From NCBI RefSeq assembly GCF_964355755.1, contig NC_092676.1:17068871-17132870 (forward strand): 64,000 nucleotides of DNA, read 5' to 3'. The translations under genes were made by a program, and so were the position numbers. The stretch's first letter is position 1. Each line of letters opens with the position of its first letter. Source of the stretch: Antedon mediterranea. Taxonomy: Eukaryota; Animalia; Echinodermata. Under the pieces are notes generated by a model. The model was not told the origin of the DNA. It searched no databases and saw only the letters and a list, made by a program, of their open reading frames with translations. This document shows, piece by piece, positions 11,866 to 25,011 of this stretch.

Positions 11866-14800
11866 TCACTCTTTTTTGACCAATTTGTGTAAGTCCCCAA
11901 ATGCAGGAAGGTAGAAATCTGGAACTAGTTTTTGGAGGGATTGAGATGTGCTTTGCTGATTATGTTGGACATCTTCCAAACTTGATATACCAGTTAAAAC
12001 CATAAGTGTCTTCAGATTACAATTCTTGCCAAGTAAAATATCTGTATCTAACCTATCACCAACCATGACAGTTCTTTCAGGATTAATCAATGGAAACCTA
12101 TAAACAAACAATCATCATTAATCAATCAAATCAGATCACTTGCCAATTTACCATAATATATGAGAACATTTGTATAAAATAGATATGTTTTATGTATTAA
12201 GTTTTTAGTTAGGCCACACATGGTTTATAATGAAATGAAAATAACCAGAATACAGGGGAAAAAATTAACCAGAACACTGTGGTTAACCCCTACTTTTTTC
12301 ACAATATGAACTAGGTTCTTCAAGTGCACTTTAGCCAGAAGGGCCTACAGTTTTAAGTCCTTAACCTAGACCACCAGTACTATGGTAACATAATTTTTAG
12401 TTTATTCCATACTTTAGAAACATTATTCATTTTTTTGTGAACTTTAAACAGGAAAGCAATCAAATTCATAAAGGTATTGTAATATATTATAATTTACCTC
12501 CGCCAAGTAGGTATATGTAATCGATCGCGTGTGTTTGTTTGTCTGTTTGTTTGTTAGCAGGATTACTCAAAAAGTAAATACAAGATCTTTACCAAAATGA
12601 ATATACAGATAGATATGTGGTCAAGGACCATTCCATTAAATTTTGGGACCATGGTCTCAATTCTGGATCACTTTTTAGTATACTTTTCAGACCTGCTAAT
12701 GTTAAAAGATAGGACAGAATTTTTTTAAGTAACAAGTAAACTGAAATTGCATTGCGCAGGCAAGAGTTATAATTGGTGATTTGTAATTTTAAAAAATAAT
12801 TTGATTTAATGTGAACCTTTTTTGATACGAGTAGTTTAAAAAACCTATTTCTTTTAAAATTCACTCGTTTGATTTTCGCGTTGCTGTTCTATTGTTAGTC
12901 AACTGAAGCTATTGTTAATTGAAAGGCTTGTTACATAACCATTACACCAAACTCACATACACATGCTTGTTGTAGTGAAATTAGCCTAAATCACAAACAG
13001 CATTAAGACACACACAAATATATATATATAGTCGTCTTCAGGAGTTGATCATAAATATGTGATAGTTGGTGCGCACCAACTATCACATACAAAACTGTCT
13101 TGCAAACGTAAGTTTACATTACTGGTTTACTATCAAGGAACTACATATCAATATACTGTACTATCAAAACCAGAAGAAATGTTTTCACTAACATTTAAAC
13201 TTACTTTTCTTTGACACATTGAAACATTAGTTCATTGGGTTTGCCAACCACAGTTGGTTGCCTAGCAGCAGCTTTTGTTACGAAGTCTACTAAACATCCA
13301 GTACCTAGAAACAAAAAAATAAATATATATATATACCACCAATAGACAGACCTGGTAGTGTAAGATAATATATTCTCAGCTCTTGCTTATTAAGAGCCTC
13401 CTAAAATTAGCATAATTCAGTTGGAGATTATGAAAACTGCATTTTTGTTAAAGTAATTGTATCAATTTCCAGTTGGCAGTTACTAAACAGTCCCCATTCA
13501 ATGTATGGCAATGCCATTTATAAGAATTTAAGTGTGCCGAATTGTCTCAGGGCTAAATCGTCTCAGAGTCGAATTGTCCCGCTACCCATAATTTCCCACA
13601 GTGGCAAACATTAGCATGGCGCATTATGCACAGTTTAGAAAATGTTCACAAATTTGTAATGAATAAAAAAATTAGTTAAATTGCTCTACACCTCAAGTTT
13701 CTATACACGACCCCTGCATCACCACACATTGAATGCAGAGCAGTGTAGGGCCAAAATAAGTGCAAGTGTCAATAGCGCTTATTGCAAAAGGCAATGTGTT
13801 TCACCTGGAATAACTCTACCCTTGTTTGGTATAGGTAATCTGCCATCTAGGTTAGTGGCTATGTATGGAACACTAGGGTCAGTAAGGTAACTTGCAGCAC
13901 GACAAACTTTACGAAATGAAATCAAAGGATCAAAACCAACAAGCACACCTCGCACCTATAGAAAAATATATACAGTATTTGGTGATTTATATTTTATCAT
14001 CATAATATACAGTAGTGCACTATAAGTCACTGCAAGTTTACTATGAATCTCAGAATTGGGTTTTATATCTTTGGTTACTATACTACTATCATGACTGAGA
14101 TTTTGTTCAGTCTAAAGCTACAGTGACGATGGTTCCGTTGGTAGACGGCACCATTCAATTCTTTATATGATTTTCCATTATTTAACAACACAGTGCCGTC
14201 TTCCATTTCATGGCTTTTAGAGGCAAGTTTACATGATGTGTGTTAAAAATATAATTATAAAATAGCACATTGGTAGTTCAGAAGCTTTCTTCAGCAAATA
14301 CTGTATGTCTATTTCCGAATTTATTTTAACTGTTATTTCATATAATTTATACTGACCTCTGGATCTAGTTCAATATTGGTCCAGTTGTGGACGTCTTCAC
14401 CCTCCTCAACATGGTCATACTGTGTTTAAAAAGAGATTAGAATTAATTTTAATTTGCTTACAGAATTAAATTCATCTTTTTTATATAATCGTGTTGTTTT
14501 CGCAGCTTAATAATCATATCTTTACAACACAAAATTAGGAGGAGGGAGGTAGTGGGGTGGTATAGTCTTAATTACATAAACATAACTTAGAGAAATTAGA
14601 GAGGGATGTGTGAGCGGGTGGGGTTGATGTGGGTGTCTTATATACATACAGTAGGGCAGAAAATGTCCATATGGCTTATTTTGCATGAAAATCACTGCCA
14701 ATTTGGGGTATTGCTAAACCCCGCAAACCTCCAAAAAAATATAGCAAACCCAACAAAACCAACATAAAAGTGATTGAATTATGTAGTGTACAACCCACTG

Positions 14801-17554
14801 GGTATATCCATGTAAAATAAATATTAAATTTCCACTGTTAACTACTTATTTTTGGGGTGAAACATCATTTTTTGGTCAAAAATTATTGCAAATTTTTAAC
14901 CAAAAAATGATGTTTTATCCCCAAAATCAGTGGTTAACAGTAGAAATTTAATATGTCATATACCCCGAGTGGGTCATACACTACATAATTCAATCACTTT
15001 TATGTTGGTTTGGTGGGGTTTGCTATGTTTTTTTGGAGGTTTGCGGGGTTTAGCAATACCCCCAATTTAAAGTAGAAAATAAAGTATACATAAACCAACA
15101 GTATATATATATATGTATGTCTTAACAAATAGTTTAGAAACAATTTAACACAAATTAAATTTTAATGCCCATGCCAAGTTCCAAAGTGTATCAAAATAAA
15201 ATGGACATTTACTCCTGGACCAATAAACGGAATTCCTTGTATTGTCAATTCTTCAGCGAGCCCTGATCCACCAATCAGATAGATCTTTCCACTGAACTTT
15301 AACTTGTGTTTAAGGTACAGACCAGCTACATATGCAGTGCCAAATATCTCATCCTATACAAAAAGAACACAAACTGTGTTAGTACATTGATTCAATATAA
15401 ATTAATTACTTGATTAAAGTATACCTGTACTAACCTCTGTATGTTTTCAAGATTGTCCTATTTTTTGGGGATTTTTTTTTTAAATAGTATTCACAAACAG
15501 GCATTGCCTATTGGTTTTCAGGAAAATAGTTGTGACCTCTTATAAACATTTTGAGTTATGTGTATAGATCTTTAATATAGGTTTAAATAGTATAGGTCTA
15601 CATATCGCACCCTCCGCATTTTGCCAAGTATTTGCTCAATTTATTTGTATTGGTTAAAATAAAATACACTATTGCTATTAACATACCCAAGTATAATTAA
15701 ATGTATACAGTCATTAAAGATGTCAATGAAAAAATCTTGTTAAAATTATTAGTAATAATAAGTAACATACAGTATCATGTAATGTGGAAATAGTATAGTA
15801 TATTTTATAAATAGGCCTCTAGATATTCAGGTTTTACAGTAAAGGTAAAGGTGAGTCCCGTGTTCTCTGAACGTAGGGGAATGAGCTGTTAGGAGCTCAT
15901 TGTACTAAGCCTCGGCATTATGTGGTAGGGTGGCCAGTTCCTTTCCACGCCGCCTTTTTTCTCCCTAGTATTTTCAACTAGGTACTCATTTACAGTTGAG
16001 TGGACTGGGAGTTGTCGGGAATTGAACCCGGGTCTATCTGTATGACAGTCAAGTGTCCTAACCACTCGGCTACCCAACTAATACCAACCTCTGACACTGT
16101 GAAGCCTAATCTATTGAACTTTTCTATATACTGTCGTCTTGACTTCGTACTATTATTTGTCACAAATATTGGCTGTTTACCCTGAAATAGAAATATAAAC
16201 ATTCAATTTTTATAATACTAATAATAGCTATAAGAATAGATATGAAGTTGCAACTGCTTCTATATTCATTAAACGGTAAAACCTCTTTTTTAGGACTCTA
16301 GGATGGGCTTCTTTTCAATATTACTTTTGCGAACAAAAGAGGGAGGGAGTGGGGGGCTTCTTTTCTAAATGAATGCTGTAAACATCTTGTGAATTGCTAC
16401 TTCAATAATGTGATTTATTAGATAAACCCTGCCAATTTTACATATTTTCCAACAAAGCAGACAAGAAGAAGGTACAAAATGCAATCAAAGTACCTTGGAA
16501 AATAATAAACTATAAAATAAATAAGGCTTGATTGTTTAGGGTTATAAAGATCATTAATACATACAGTATTGATATAATAAATGATATAAACAGTTCATAC
16601 ACATTTCCATTTCTTTGACGTTTAATACAGCGTATCAAAAAGAAGCCCATACTACTGTATCTAAAAAAGAAGCCCAGTGGCAGTGGGCTTGACTTCGAGA
16701 TGGACTTTGATGGGTGCGTCATGGTATTCATAAGGTATGAGGCACATCGGACAAATGACGCACCTCTCCCGGGGGTCGTACAGTCGGTCATAAAATTGAC
16801 AGGTGCATAAGAATACTGCATTGTAAAAGTGATTGACGGTTGATACTATTTATGAACTTAAAAAAAAAAAGTGGGGGTAAGAAAAAACATTGTCAATTAG
16901 AGTTAGATTACCATCTTTCTAAGCATCTGGATAGTTTCAACTGCACCATCGATTGTGTCATTTGAATTCCACAATACACCTGCAAGCAAATGTAAATAAT
17001 TATGTGTACAGTACCATGTAAATGTGGTATGCACCTTTTGGTGCACAGAAGTGGGTGAAACGAAATTAATTTTGCAATAAATCTTGAAATCTTGAAACTA
17101 ATGGAATGGAAGTCTTATCATTAGATGATTAGACACTTCCGCCATAATCAATTTTAAGAAATTATTTCTAGGTACAGGTAGAATTGAATTTAATAAAAAT
17201 GTGAATTCAAGAATATAACTCCGAAAATGGAACAGATTTGTAAAATAAAAATGTAATAAGTCCTAGCTAGTAGGTAGGCGTCCCTAGCTAGCTAGGCCCT
17301 ATTTGTGTATGTGTGCAACATTACATAACATTACTAAAAATTCAATATACTGTAGCTAGCATAGGCTAGGCCTATATAACTGCCACTATTGTGACTCTAG
17401 TCTAGTCTTACCAGTCAATTTTTTTAGGGCGAAACGACTTTGAAAAGAATTATTGAGAGTACAAACCATCACAATCGATGAGCACAGTGTCTATCGAGTC
17501 AAGAAACTCCCAAGCATTTTTAGTGGTCAACTGCTGACAGTTTAAAGAAGACAT
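11866..17554 (-). CDS. PGP: Phosphoglycolate / glycerol-3-phosphate phosphatase, HAD class IIA (8 exons)
   Basis: Exons 17554-17467, 16979-16912, 16181-16089, 15353-15213, 14419-14357, 13955-13805, 13304-13205, 12097-11866. Motifs: [12 protein letters not shown] (HAD I), [10 protein letters not shown] (II), VGFD, ATNLD, IPGTG, VVGKP (III), [10 protein letters not shown] (IV). Confidence 0.95.
12494..12700 (+). mobile_element. Helentron/DINE-like non-autonomous element fragment
   Basis: 'ttacctccgccaag.aggt.tatgt...gtttgtttgtctgtttgtttgttagcaggattactcaaaaagt...ccattaaattttgg' matches the layout I recall for these elements (sub-terminal motif plus GTTT/GTCT microsatellite). 3' end not located. 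Confidence 0.65.
14705..15062. mobile_element. Fold-back MITE (about 175-bp inverted arms) with 6-bp TSD
   Basis: CAATTT|ggggtattgctaaaccccgcaaacctcc ... ggaggtttgcggggtttagcaatacccc|CAATTT. The arms pair almost to the centre (about 14885). Confidence 0.9.
15838..16078 (-). mobile_element. tRNA-derived SINE, apparently full length, in PGP intron 3
   Basis: Minus strand: A box TAGCCGAGTGG, B box GGTTCAATTCC, central 'ccagtccactcaactgtaaatgagtacct', tail (ACCTTT)n. A second copy lies at 24353-24525. Confidence 0.85.
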
Positions 17555-17862
17555 GTTTGGTTTGAAACACAAGACTATTGATTTCCAATAACTCCTACAA
17601 ACATAATTTGTCAAATCTTTAAAATCAAATAGTATATTTTGATCGAGGAAACCGCACAAAACAAACTTTTTAACGTCTAGGCTCTGCGCGCTAGGCCTAT
17701 TTTCTTTTTATAGTGCGCGCGCCCTCTTGCGTTTGGTAATTACCACCACCTCTAGTAGAGAAGTCAAATTCCATCATTTTTTGTTTACATTTTTTTCTCG
17801 GTTCAATGAGCAATTATCGAAAAATGGAGAACTCTTGAACTTCATGAAAAAAATGTTTCAAA
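17555..17862. promoter_or_regulatory. Putative bidirectional promoter between PGP and TMEM183
   Basis: Divergent start codons at 17554 (-) and 17863 (+), 308 bp apart; CpG-containing TGCGCGC motifs at about 17685 and 17714. Confidence 0.7.
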
Positions 17863-20800
17863 ATGCATAATAAGAAAAGAAAAAATAATCGACAATGTAG
17901 ACGACATCCCGCTAAATTCCATGTAATGTCTAAAATTCAAGAAGGCTGTAAGTTTTCAGCGAGGCTAGCTAGGCTAGGCCTCTAGTTAGAGGCCTGCCTG
18001 GCCCTACCTACTACTAGGGCTAGGGCCTAGGCTAGGCCTAGCTATCTAAGCCCTAAAGATAAAATAAGTATAGTAGCCTAGCTAGAGGCTCTTGTAGGCC
18101 TAGCCCTAGACAGTGGGCCTACTAGTACTAGGCCTAGTAGCCTAGCTAGGCCCTAGCCTATAATATAAAAGTAAAGTAGGGTGGTTCGGTGGTAGGACGA
18201 GAGCGTATTTAATATTAGATAGGCTTATTTTAAAAAGGAGGCAGGCACTCACAGCAAGCAAAATTAGTTAATAGCCTGGCCTGGCTACTAACTAAAATTT
18301 AGTTAGTAGCCAGGCCAGGCTATTTGCTTGCTGTGCCTCATGCTAACAATAGTGATTATAACTCCTTTTCCGGTTTGATGATATTGTTGCTCTTCACTTT
18401 TATACTTTTAATTGTACATTTTTATATTACCTTTTTTACATTTTATTGTAATTTTTCACACTTCCATATGCCCTTCTTATGATCCTTGTTCATTTTCACA
18501 TCTCCGATTTCTCTTGCAATGGACATTCACTTTGGTTTTATTCAATTTTAATATTCCAATTTTGTTTTATGTATCTATTTTAAATGTATTGTTAAATGGA
18601 TGCTACAGTAAATTAATAAATAAAAAAATAAAATAAATAGACAATCAATGAAGCAAGGATCCTCATTCGATGAATCCTATTAAAATTGAATTTGATCTGT
18701 AATGTTGTACATTTATTTTATCAAGTTTATACTGTGATTTTATATAAAAAATGAAGCCTATACCATACAATTGAATGTGAAGATCAAATCATGAAAAAAA
18801 GTGTGATTTTTCTATCATCAAAATAATTTAAATTATGTCAGATCAGATGAAAGTGGAACAACAACATCAATTTACAGCTATGTTTGATTTTTAGATCCAC
18901 AATCATTGCTGAATAATTGTTTTTTGAATATATAATTTTAATGTCACATAATAGTAATCCTATAGTTGTTATTCATTGACAAAAAATTGATGAGAAAAAA
19001 ACAATTATTTACTTTAAAAACAATTCCTCTTTTTAAAGATGTATTGTCCCTCTGAAAAAAATAATTCTTAAACAAATTTTTGTTGAATATGCCATTTTAA
19101 TGTCACCTAATAATAGCTATCCACTTTGACTGAAAATTGTATTATCTAAAAAACTGTAGTAAATCTAAAGCAAAACATTGTCAAATTGACTGTCAGATAT
19201 AATAGGGTTTAATGGTTGAATTTATTCATTTATTTTGTCATTTTATAAATGAAAACATTATTTTTTTTTTCTGTTTTTTATTTACTGGAGTGATTAACTT
19301 TATTAAAACTACAAAATAATCTATTCAAAGACTGATTTTATTAATTTGTATATTTTATGTTTTTGGGGGACAGTACATTTTTAACCAAGTGAAATTATTA
19401 TCTTTCTTATTTTTTCTATGGAAGTGAATAACTTATTACACCTCCCAATTAGCCTATTTAAATTCTGATTTTAATCATCTTCCCTTTTCATGTTTTTTGG
19501 GGATGAAAACTGTGAACCACATTTGGTGGTGGCCATTGCATAATTTTAACTATTCAAATTTGGAAAAAAAACGGAGATGATCCTGGAAGCTTTTGCCAAT
19601 TGATGGAACAGAATTACCCAATTTAGCCTTGTATACTGCAATGGAGGAAGCTATCTAATCTTACCATGTTAATATTGGCAGTGTTGATTTAAAATTAACC
19701 TGACCAGATGTCCATTCAGTGTTGTAATAGATATTTTTAGATCAAAATTGTTTCACAATCAGAAGGCAATTGCCATTCATTAAATGAAGATTTCACTAAA
19801 TGCATTCATATTGTTGCTGTAATGTTGAAATTGATGTAGAGATAGTAAAACTATAAAAGGTACAGTAGGTATGCTTGCTAGGTTCTTATTAGTACTTCAT
19901 ACTAGTTTAAAATGGCATATTCAATTTTAAAAATAAAACAATTATATCTGTAAATCACAAATGTTATTTTATAGTGTATATTTTAATAACTTTGTTTTTT
20001 ATAAATTACAGCTATAACTTTAAATGACTATGCCAACACATCAACAGCTTATTCATCAGACAGAAATGTGAAGAAGCTGAATTGCTCTATCACAAAGAAA
20101 GGTAATGTTATTTTTGCATTCTATTTATCATTTTGAGTACTGTCATACATGCCAACATCTACAGTTAAAACAATAAAAAAAAGGTGGTGTTTTTGTTAGG
20201 TCAACAGTGCCCTCTATCTATTATCAAAGGTAAGGAGTGCAGTGTGTGGCGTCACAAGCAGTATTGCGTGGTGGCTATGTGAAGGGTATCCCCTTTTCAT
20301 TAAGAAAAAAATAAGAAAATTCTGACCGAAAATGGCCGTACAATGGCTTAAATATTATAAATTTGCTTGTGCGTAAGCCTCTTTGTTATATTTTAATGCA
20401 GAAACCCACACATTATACATCAACATTTAGTTATTTTTGTAATCCTGGAGATAGTGTGGGAGCACAATATTAAGCCGGAAGACGAGTCTAAAATACGGGA
20501 GTCTCCCGGCCAAAATGGGAGTGTTGGCATGTATTGATCACACACAGTCGATTGGTCTCTTTCTTTGTGTCATAGTTTCTGTCAGCATAGTCAATGTATT
20601 TTTTGTTCTTATTTTTGCAGTTAAAAGCATGGACATAGTTGATGTTACTCAAAAAAAGTTGCAAGAAAACCTGAATTGGTATGAAAAAAACTTTGATGAT
20701 GAATTTGAAATTGAAAATCTTGAAGAGCTAGATGTCATTGAAGATGAGCGGTTAGATGTCAATAGCAACGTGCAGCCAAACGTTGTCCATCATGAAGAGG

Positions 20801-21791
20801 CGATGGTTAGTGAAGGATTAGTTTATCCTCCAGATATCTGGTTCCAGTTGTCTAAGTACATTGCACCGGAGGACGTCTGGAGGTTTGCTTGTTTATGTCA
20901 TGATGCTTGTGCAGTAACAAATACTGTAGCATTCTGGAGGTCTCTCTATTTAAGGTAATAGAATAATATAATGTTACGTTTCTTTTTTTGCTGATTGCTT
21001 GTGCCAAATGAAGCCATTTATTATGTTCATAATATCAAACAAAAATACAATATCTCTATAAGGGCTATTTAGATTTCGGGTGAGACATTTTTGATGATTT
21101 TTTTATTTTAGTACTATGTAAAACTTTGCACTACTAACTACTTTTGTGAGTAATTTGTGATTACTTGGTATTAGTGTATATTAAAAGGTTTTTTTTTCCT
21201 TTCTCACTCAGACATAGAGATCCGAAAATTAAGCTTCCACAGAGTTTGTCTAAAGAGCTAATTGAGGGAACTTATGGAGTCCGATACATCACAATATGTG
21301 CCTTATATCTAATGTATGAACCATTGCGTAGAAAAACTGTCATCAACAGCCCTATTGGAGAAGGAACTGTAAGTCCATATTCATTAAAAAACCAGATATG
21401 TAAGTACATATGGTCACAAGGAAACCCAGGTGCGGAATTTACATATTACCTGATGTTTGAAGAACATGTTTCTAAAAAGAATAAACCATTGCAATTTGAC
21501 AAGGACATTTATGCCAGTAACTATAGCTATCAGACAATTTTAAAAGTGTTTTGCCGTAGCTATCAAAATCTACCACAAGCCGAAATCATGGGATTGCAAC
21601 TAGCTGATGTTTTTTTCAACGTTAGCGGTGACATGCGAAATCATAAATTGAGGCTCGTTTTTCAGAGCGAAAGAACACGTCGGCGTGGTAATCCAAGCCT
21701 CACAACAACAGTGCTAGATCCGGTTGTATGGGTTCGAATCATACATTGGTGGCATCCACAGTTTCGCAATTGTATAGAATGTATAAAGTGA
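17863..21791 (+). CDS. TMEM183: Transmembrane protein 183 homolog (4 exons, F-box-like motif)
   Basis: Exons 17863-17947, 20012-20101, 20621-20954, 21212-21791. Motifs ITLNDYAN, YPPDIWFQLSKYIAPEDV..F..LC..A..VT.T.AFW..LY.R, LYLMYEP, NVSGDMRNHKLRLVFQ and LDPV..VRIIHWWHPQF match the family. Confidence 0.93.
18250..18335. repeat. Hairpin/palindrome with perfect 27-bp inner arms
   Basis: aatagcctggcctggctactaactaaa-a-tttagttagtagccaggccaggctatt, with outer arms cacagcaagcaaa / tttgcttgctgtg. Confidence 0.9.
20144..20535. mobile_element. MITE-like element in TMEM183 intron 2
   Basis: TIRs 'atacatgccaaca' / 'tgttggcatgtat'; no clear TSD. Confidence 0.55.
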
Positions 21792-21949
21792 TATCAGTAC
21801 TATCTTATTAGTGATTTTGCTAAATTGTTTTATTTCAAACCTTTTATTGCAAGAAACAGGAATTACATTGAAAGCTTTGTTTCCTTCCAACTGGAGGGTT
21901 TGCAATTAATTGGTTCAGTGCAGTAGCTAGGAGAATAAAAGTTGAAAAG

Positions 21950-22483
21950 TTCTGGCTGGGGAGAGAGGGTCAGTGGAGACTGGGGAGAGTGTAAGTTCTG
22001 GCTGGTGAGGTTAAGTGGAGGCTGAGGAGAGGGTAAGTAGAGGCTGGGGAGAGGGTAAGTAGAGGCTGGGGAGAGGGTAAGTAGAGGCTGGGGAGAGGGT
22101 AAGTAGAGGCTGGGGAGAGGGTAAGTAGAGGCTGGGGAGAGGGTAAGTAGAGGCTGGGGAGAGGGTAAGTGAAGGCTGGGGAGAGTGTAAGTGGAGGCTG
22201 GGGAGAGTGTAAGTGAAGGCTGGGGAGAGGGTCAGTGGAGAGTGTAACTGTAAGTGAAGGCTGGGGAGATCGGGTCAGTGGAGGCTGGGGAGAGTGTAAG
22301 TGGAGGCTGGGGAGAGTGTAAGTGGAGGCTGGGGAGAGTGTAAGTGGAGGCTGGGGAGAGTGTAAGTGGAGGCTGGGGAGAGTGTAAGTGGAGGCTGGGG
22401 AGAGTGTAAGTAGAGGCTGGGGAGAGTGTAAGTGGAAGCTGGGGAGAGTGGAAGTTGGGTCGAGTGTAAGTGGAAGTTGGGTC
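21950..22483 (+). repeat. G-rich 22-bp minisatellite (AGGCTGGGGAGAG[G/T]GTAAGT[A/G]G), over 20 units
   Basis: Directly visible tandem array downstream of the TMEM183 stop codon. Confidence 0.97.
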
Positions 22484-24352
22484 ATGATGCTGGTCTTGAG
22501 CTGTACTGTATTTGGTATTATTATTCTTTTGCATTTTAATTATTAATAATCTTGTTGCGAAATCTCATAAATAAACATTTCAATCAGTGGTCAGCCACAT
22601 AGGCGCTGCAGCCTTGTTGTTTTCGGGTCGTGTACCAATACTTTAACCTTTATTTTAAAACAGTGTACAATAGCAGCTATGCCTCTTTTATATATATATA
22701 TATAATTGTATAGCTTATTTAAATGCTAATAACTCCTTAATATAATGATATTATAGTTGGATTTATGAATATATATCTAGATTAGAATGCACTCAACAAA
22801 GCAGAGAAAAAAAAACATGGTACTGTACTGTGTAAATAAACTGTCTAGGTTGAGTAAATGCCAAAATAAATTATGCATTATATATCCGGTATCTCGTAAT
22901 CTTTATATAATACAGTATTGTAAATCTTTGTTACACTATACAAAGCCATTAGATAATAGTTTTATTTTTTACCTCTCCATTACTTTAATTTAACAAACAT
23001 AACAACACTATTGTGCTGACTTTGACTCAAAAAATGTTGCATGGTAGATATAAATCAACAACATTAAGGTTATGGATTGCGGCAGTATGGTTATATGCAG
23101 AGGTTTTAAGTGCCATAAGAATATGACACAGACAGTTCATAATGTCATCTTGCGTACCAGTCCCCTATACATCTCGCTTGTTATAGGCATATCTGACTGC
23201 TATGTTTTGAGCTACAGTATCTTGTACTTCCGACTCTTTGAGTTGACCTTAAGCGACACATCTGTGAATTTAATCCTACAGCTAAAACTTGGAAGTAATG
23301 CAATTAAGGTCTCCTTCCAATTAAACACCTCACCTATCAAAGACTCCCCCCAATTAAAGATCACTTTACAGCAGTCAGGATGATCGTCTATATTTTATTA
23401 GCTCTCTCCAATTAGAGAACAGTTTGGGTGGACCCAACTGGAAATTGTCCTTATTATTTTTTTTCTGATAGAAGACCACTTAAAAAAAAACTTTAAAAAA
23501 TGAAAACAATCAGAAACTGAGTGAAGTACTTGGTAGAAATATATCAGGGAAAACTATACTTGGAGAGAGAGGGTGTGCTATTTAATATCTCATATGTAAG
23601 ATACAGGTAAGTCAGATGTTAAAATAAGATTTTGTGACATGACCAATAATATCAATTTTCCTTAAAATCAATTGGCATGGTCACCCATTAACACCCACAC
23701 ATTCAGGATGATAACTTACAAATTGTGGACACTATCAGGCTAACAAAGCAAGTACTATATTTAGCAAAATTCTATTTTGCCAAGTAATGATGTATTTTTA
23801 GGGTAGAGCAAGTTTGAAAAAAATCAGACAAATACTGCAGTTACCTAAAATACAGACAAATGGACAGGATACAAACCAACCCAATTACTATACAATACAC
23901 TCACTTTTCGGAGGACAAGATAACCATTCTGACATTTAATTAATAAAATGTTATAATAATCAATAGGGTAATTCATAATCCACTTGTCTTTTAAATGTAA
24001 AATGAAAAAGCCAATAAAACAAACTAATGAAAGCAACCTATATTTTATTTTCACCAGAAAAGTTTAATTCATACAGTACAGTATAAAGACTTAATACAGA
24101 AAAACAACTACAAGATATTTTTTATCATTTATCTCATTTACATCACATGATAATGTTTTAAAGTACATTGTTCAAATGAATTACTGTACTATTCATCTTA
24201 TAGAAAAACCCAAAAGCACATACTAAGCATTGTAATATAACTTATCAACGTCAACACACTTAAAAAAATGATGACTATTCACAATCAACATTATACATAA
24301 CATTTAAAATAAAAGTACATAATAATTTGAAGTCATTTGGTTATAGATTCTT

Positions 24353-24525
24353 CGGTAAAAGGTAAAGGTCCCGTAGTCAATTCTAAACATAGGGTAATGA
24401 GCTGTTAGGAGCTCATTTGGCAAGCCTCGGCATTATGTGGTAGGGTGGCCAGTTCCTATCCATGCCGCCTTTATCCTCCCTAGTATTTTCAACCAGGTAC
24501 TCATTTACAGCTGAGTAGACTGAGT
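24353..24525 (-). mobile_element. 5'-truncated copy of the tRNA-derived SINE at 15838-16078
   Basis: Shares 'aaggtaaaggt...atgagctgttaggagctcatt...aagcctcggcattatgtggtagggtggccagttcct...ggtactcatttacagctgagt' but lacks the tRNA head. Confidence 0.85.
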
Positions 24526-24783
24526 TTTCGGGATTCTTCAGTAGGTTTAGAAATAACAGCATTAATAAAATCATGTCAAAAAAAGAGCAAACTTATCATC
24601 CAATTGATTATTTTTCACCACAAGAAGTGTTTAAACTAATTTAAAATAATGCTGAATAACTTTTACACACCACTCAAAGATTCTTAATTCAATTAACAAA
24701 CATTACAAAATTCAACTTCATGTTTCAAATTGATTATGTTTTGCAATTAAAAAATTCTATTCCTTTAATATCTATACATTTTT

Positions 24784-25011
24784 ACACCCCTTTCACAATA
24801 ACTAGCAAAACTCCAGATTTTGCACACGATAGGGTGTTAACACTGGTGTTTTATAGTGTGAACAGAGCTTAACATCTAAATGGACATTGCTATTCAAACC
24901 TAAGGAAATGCAGACTCTAAATACACTGGTGTTGTTTAGGGCCAGATCACCCTCAGAGACACTTGGTGTTTTTCCAGAGTATATTCACAGTGTTTAATGT
25001 GAAAGGGGTAT
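24784..25011. mobile_element. Small MITE-like element
   Basis: TIRs 'acacccctttcaca' / 'tgtgaaaggggtat'; internal 'cactggtgtt' repeats. Confidence 0.5.

Noticed and set aside
21970-22534. Pro/Leu/Ser-rich ORFs of 171 and 100 aa
   Set aside because: Translations of the 22-bp minisatellite.
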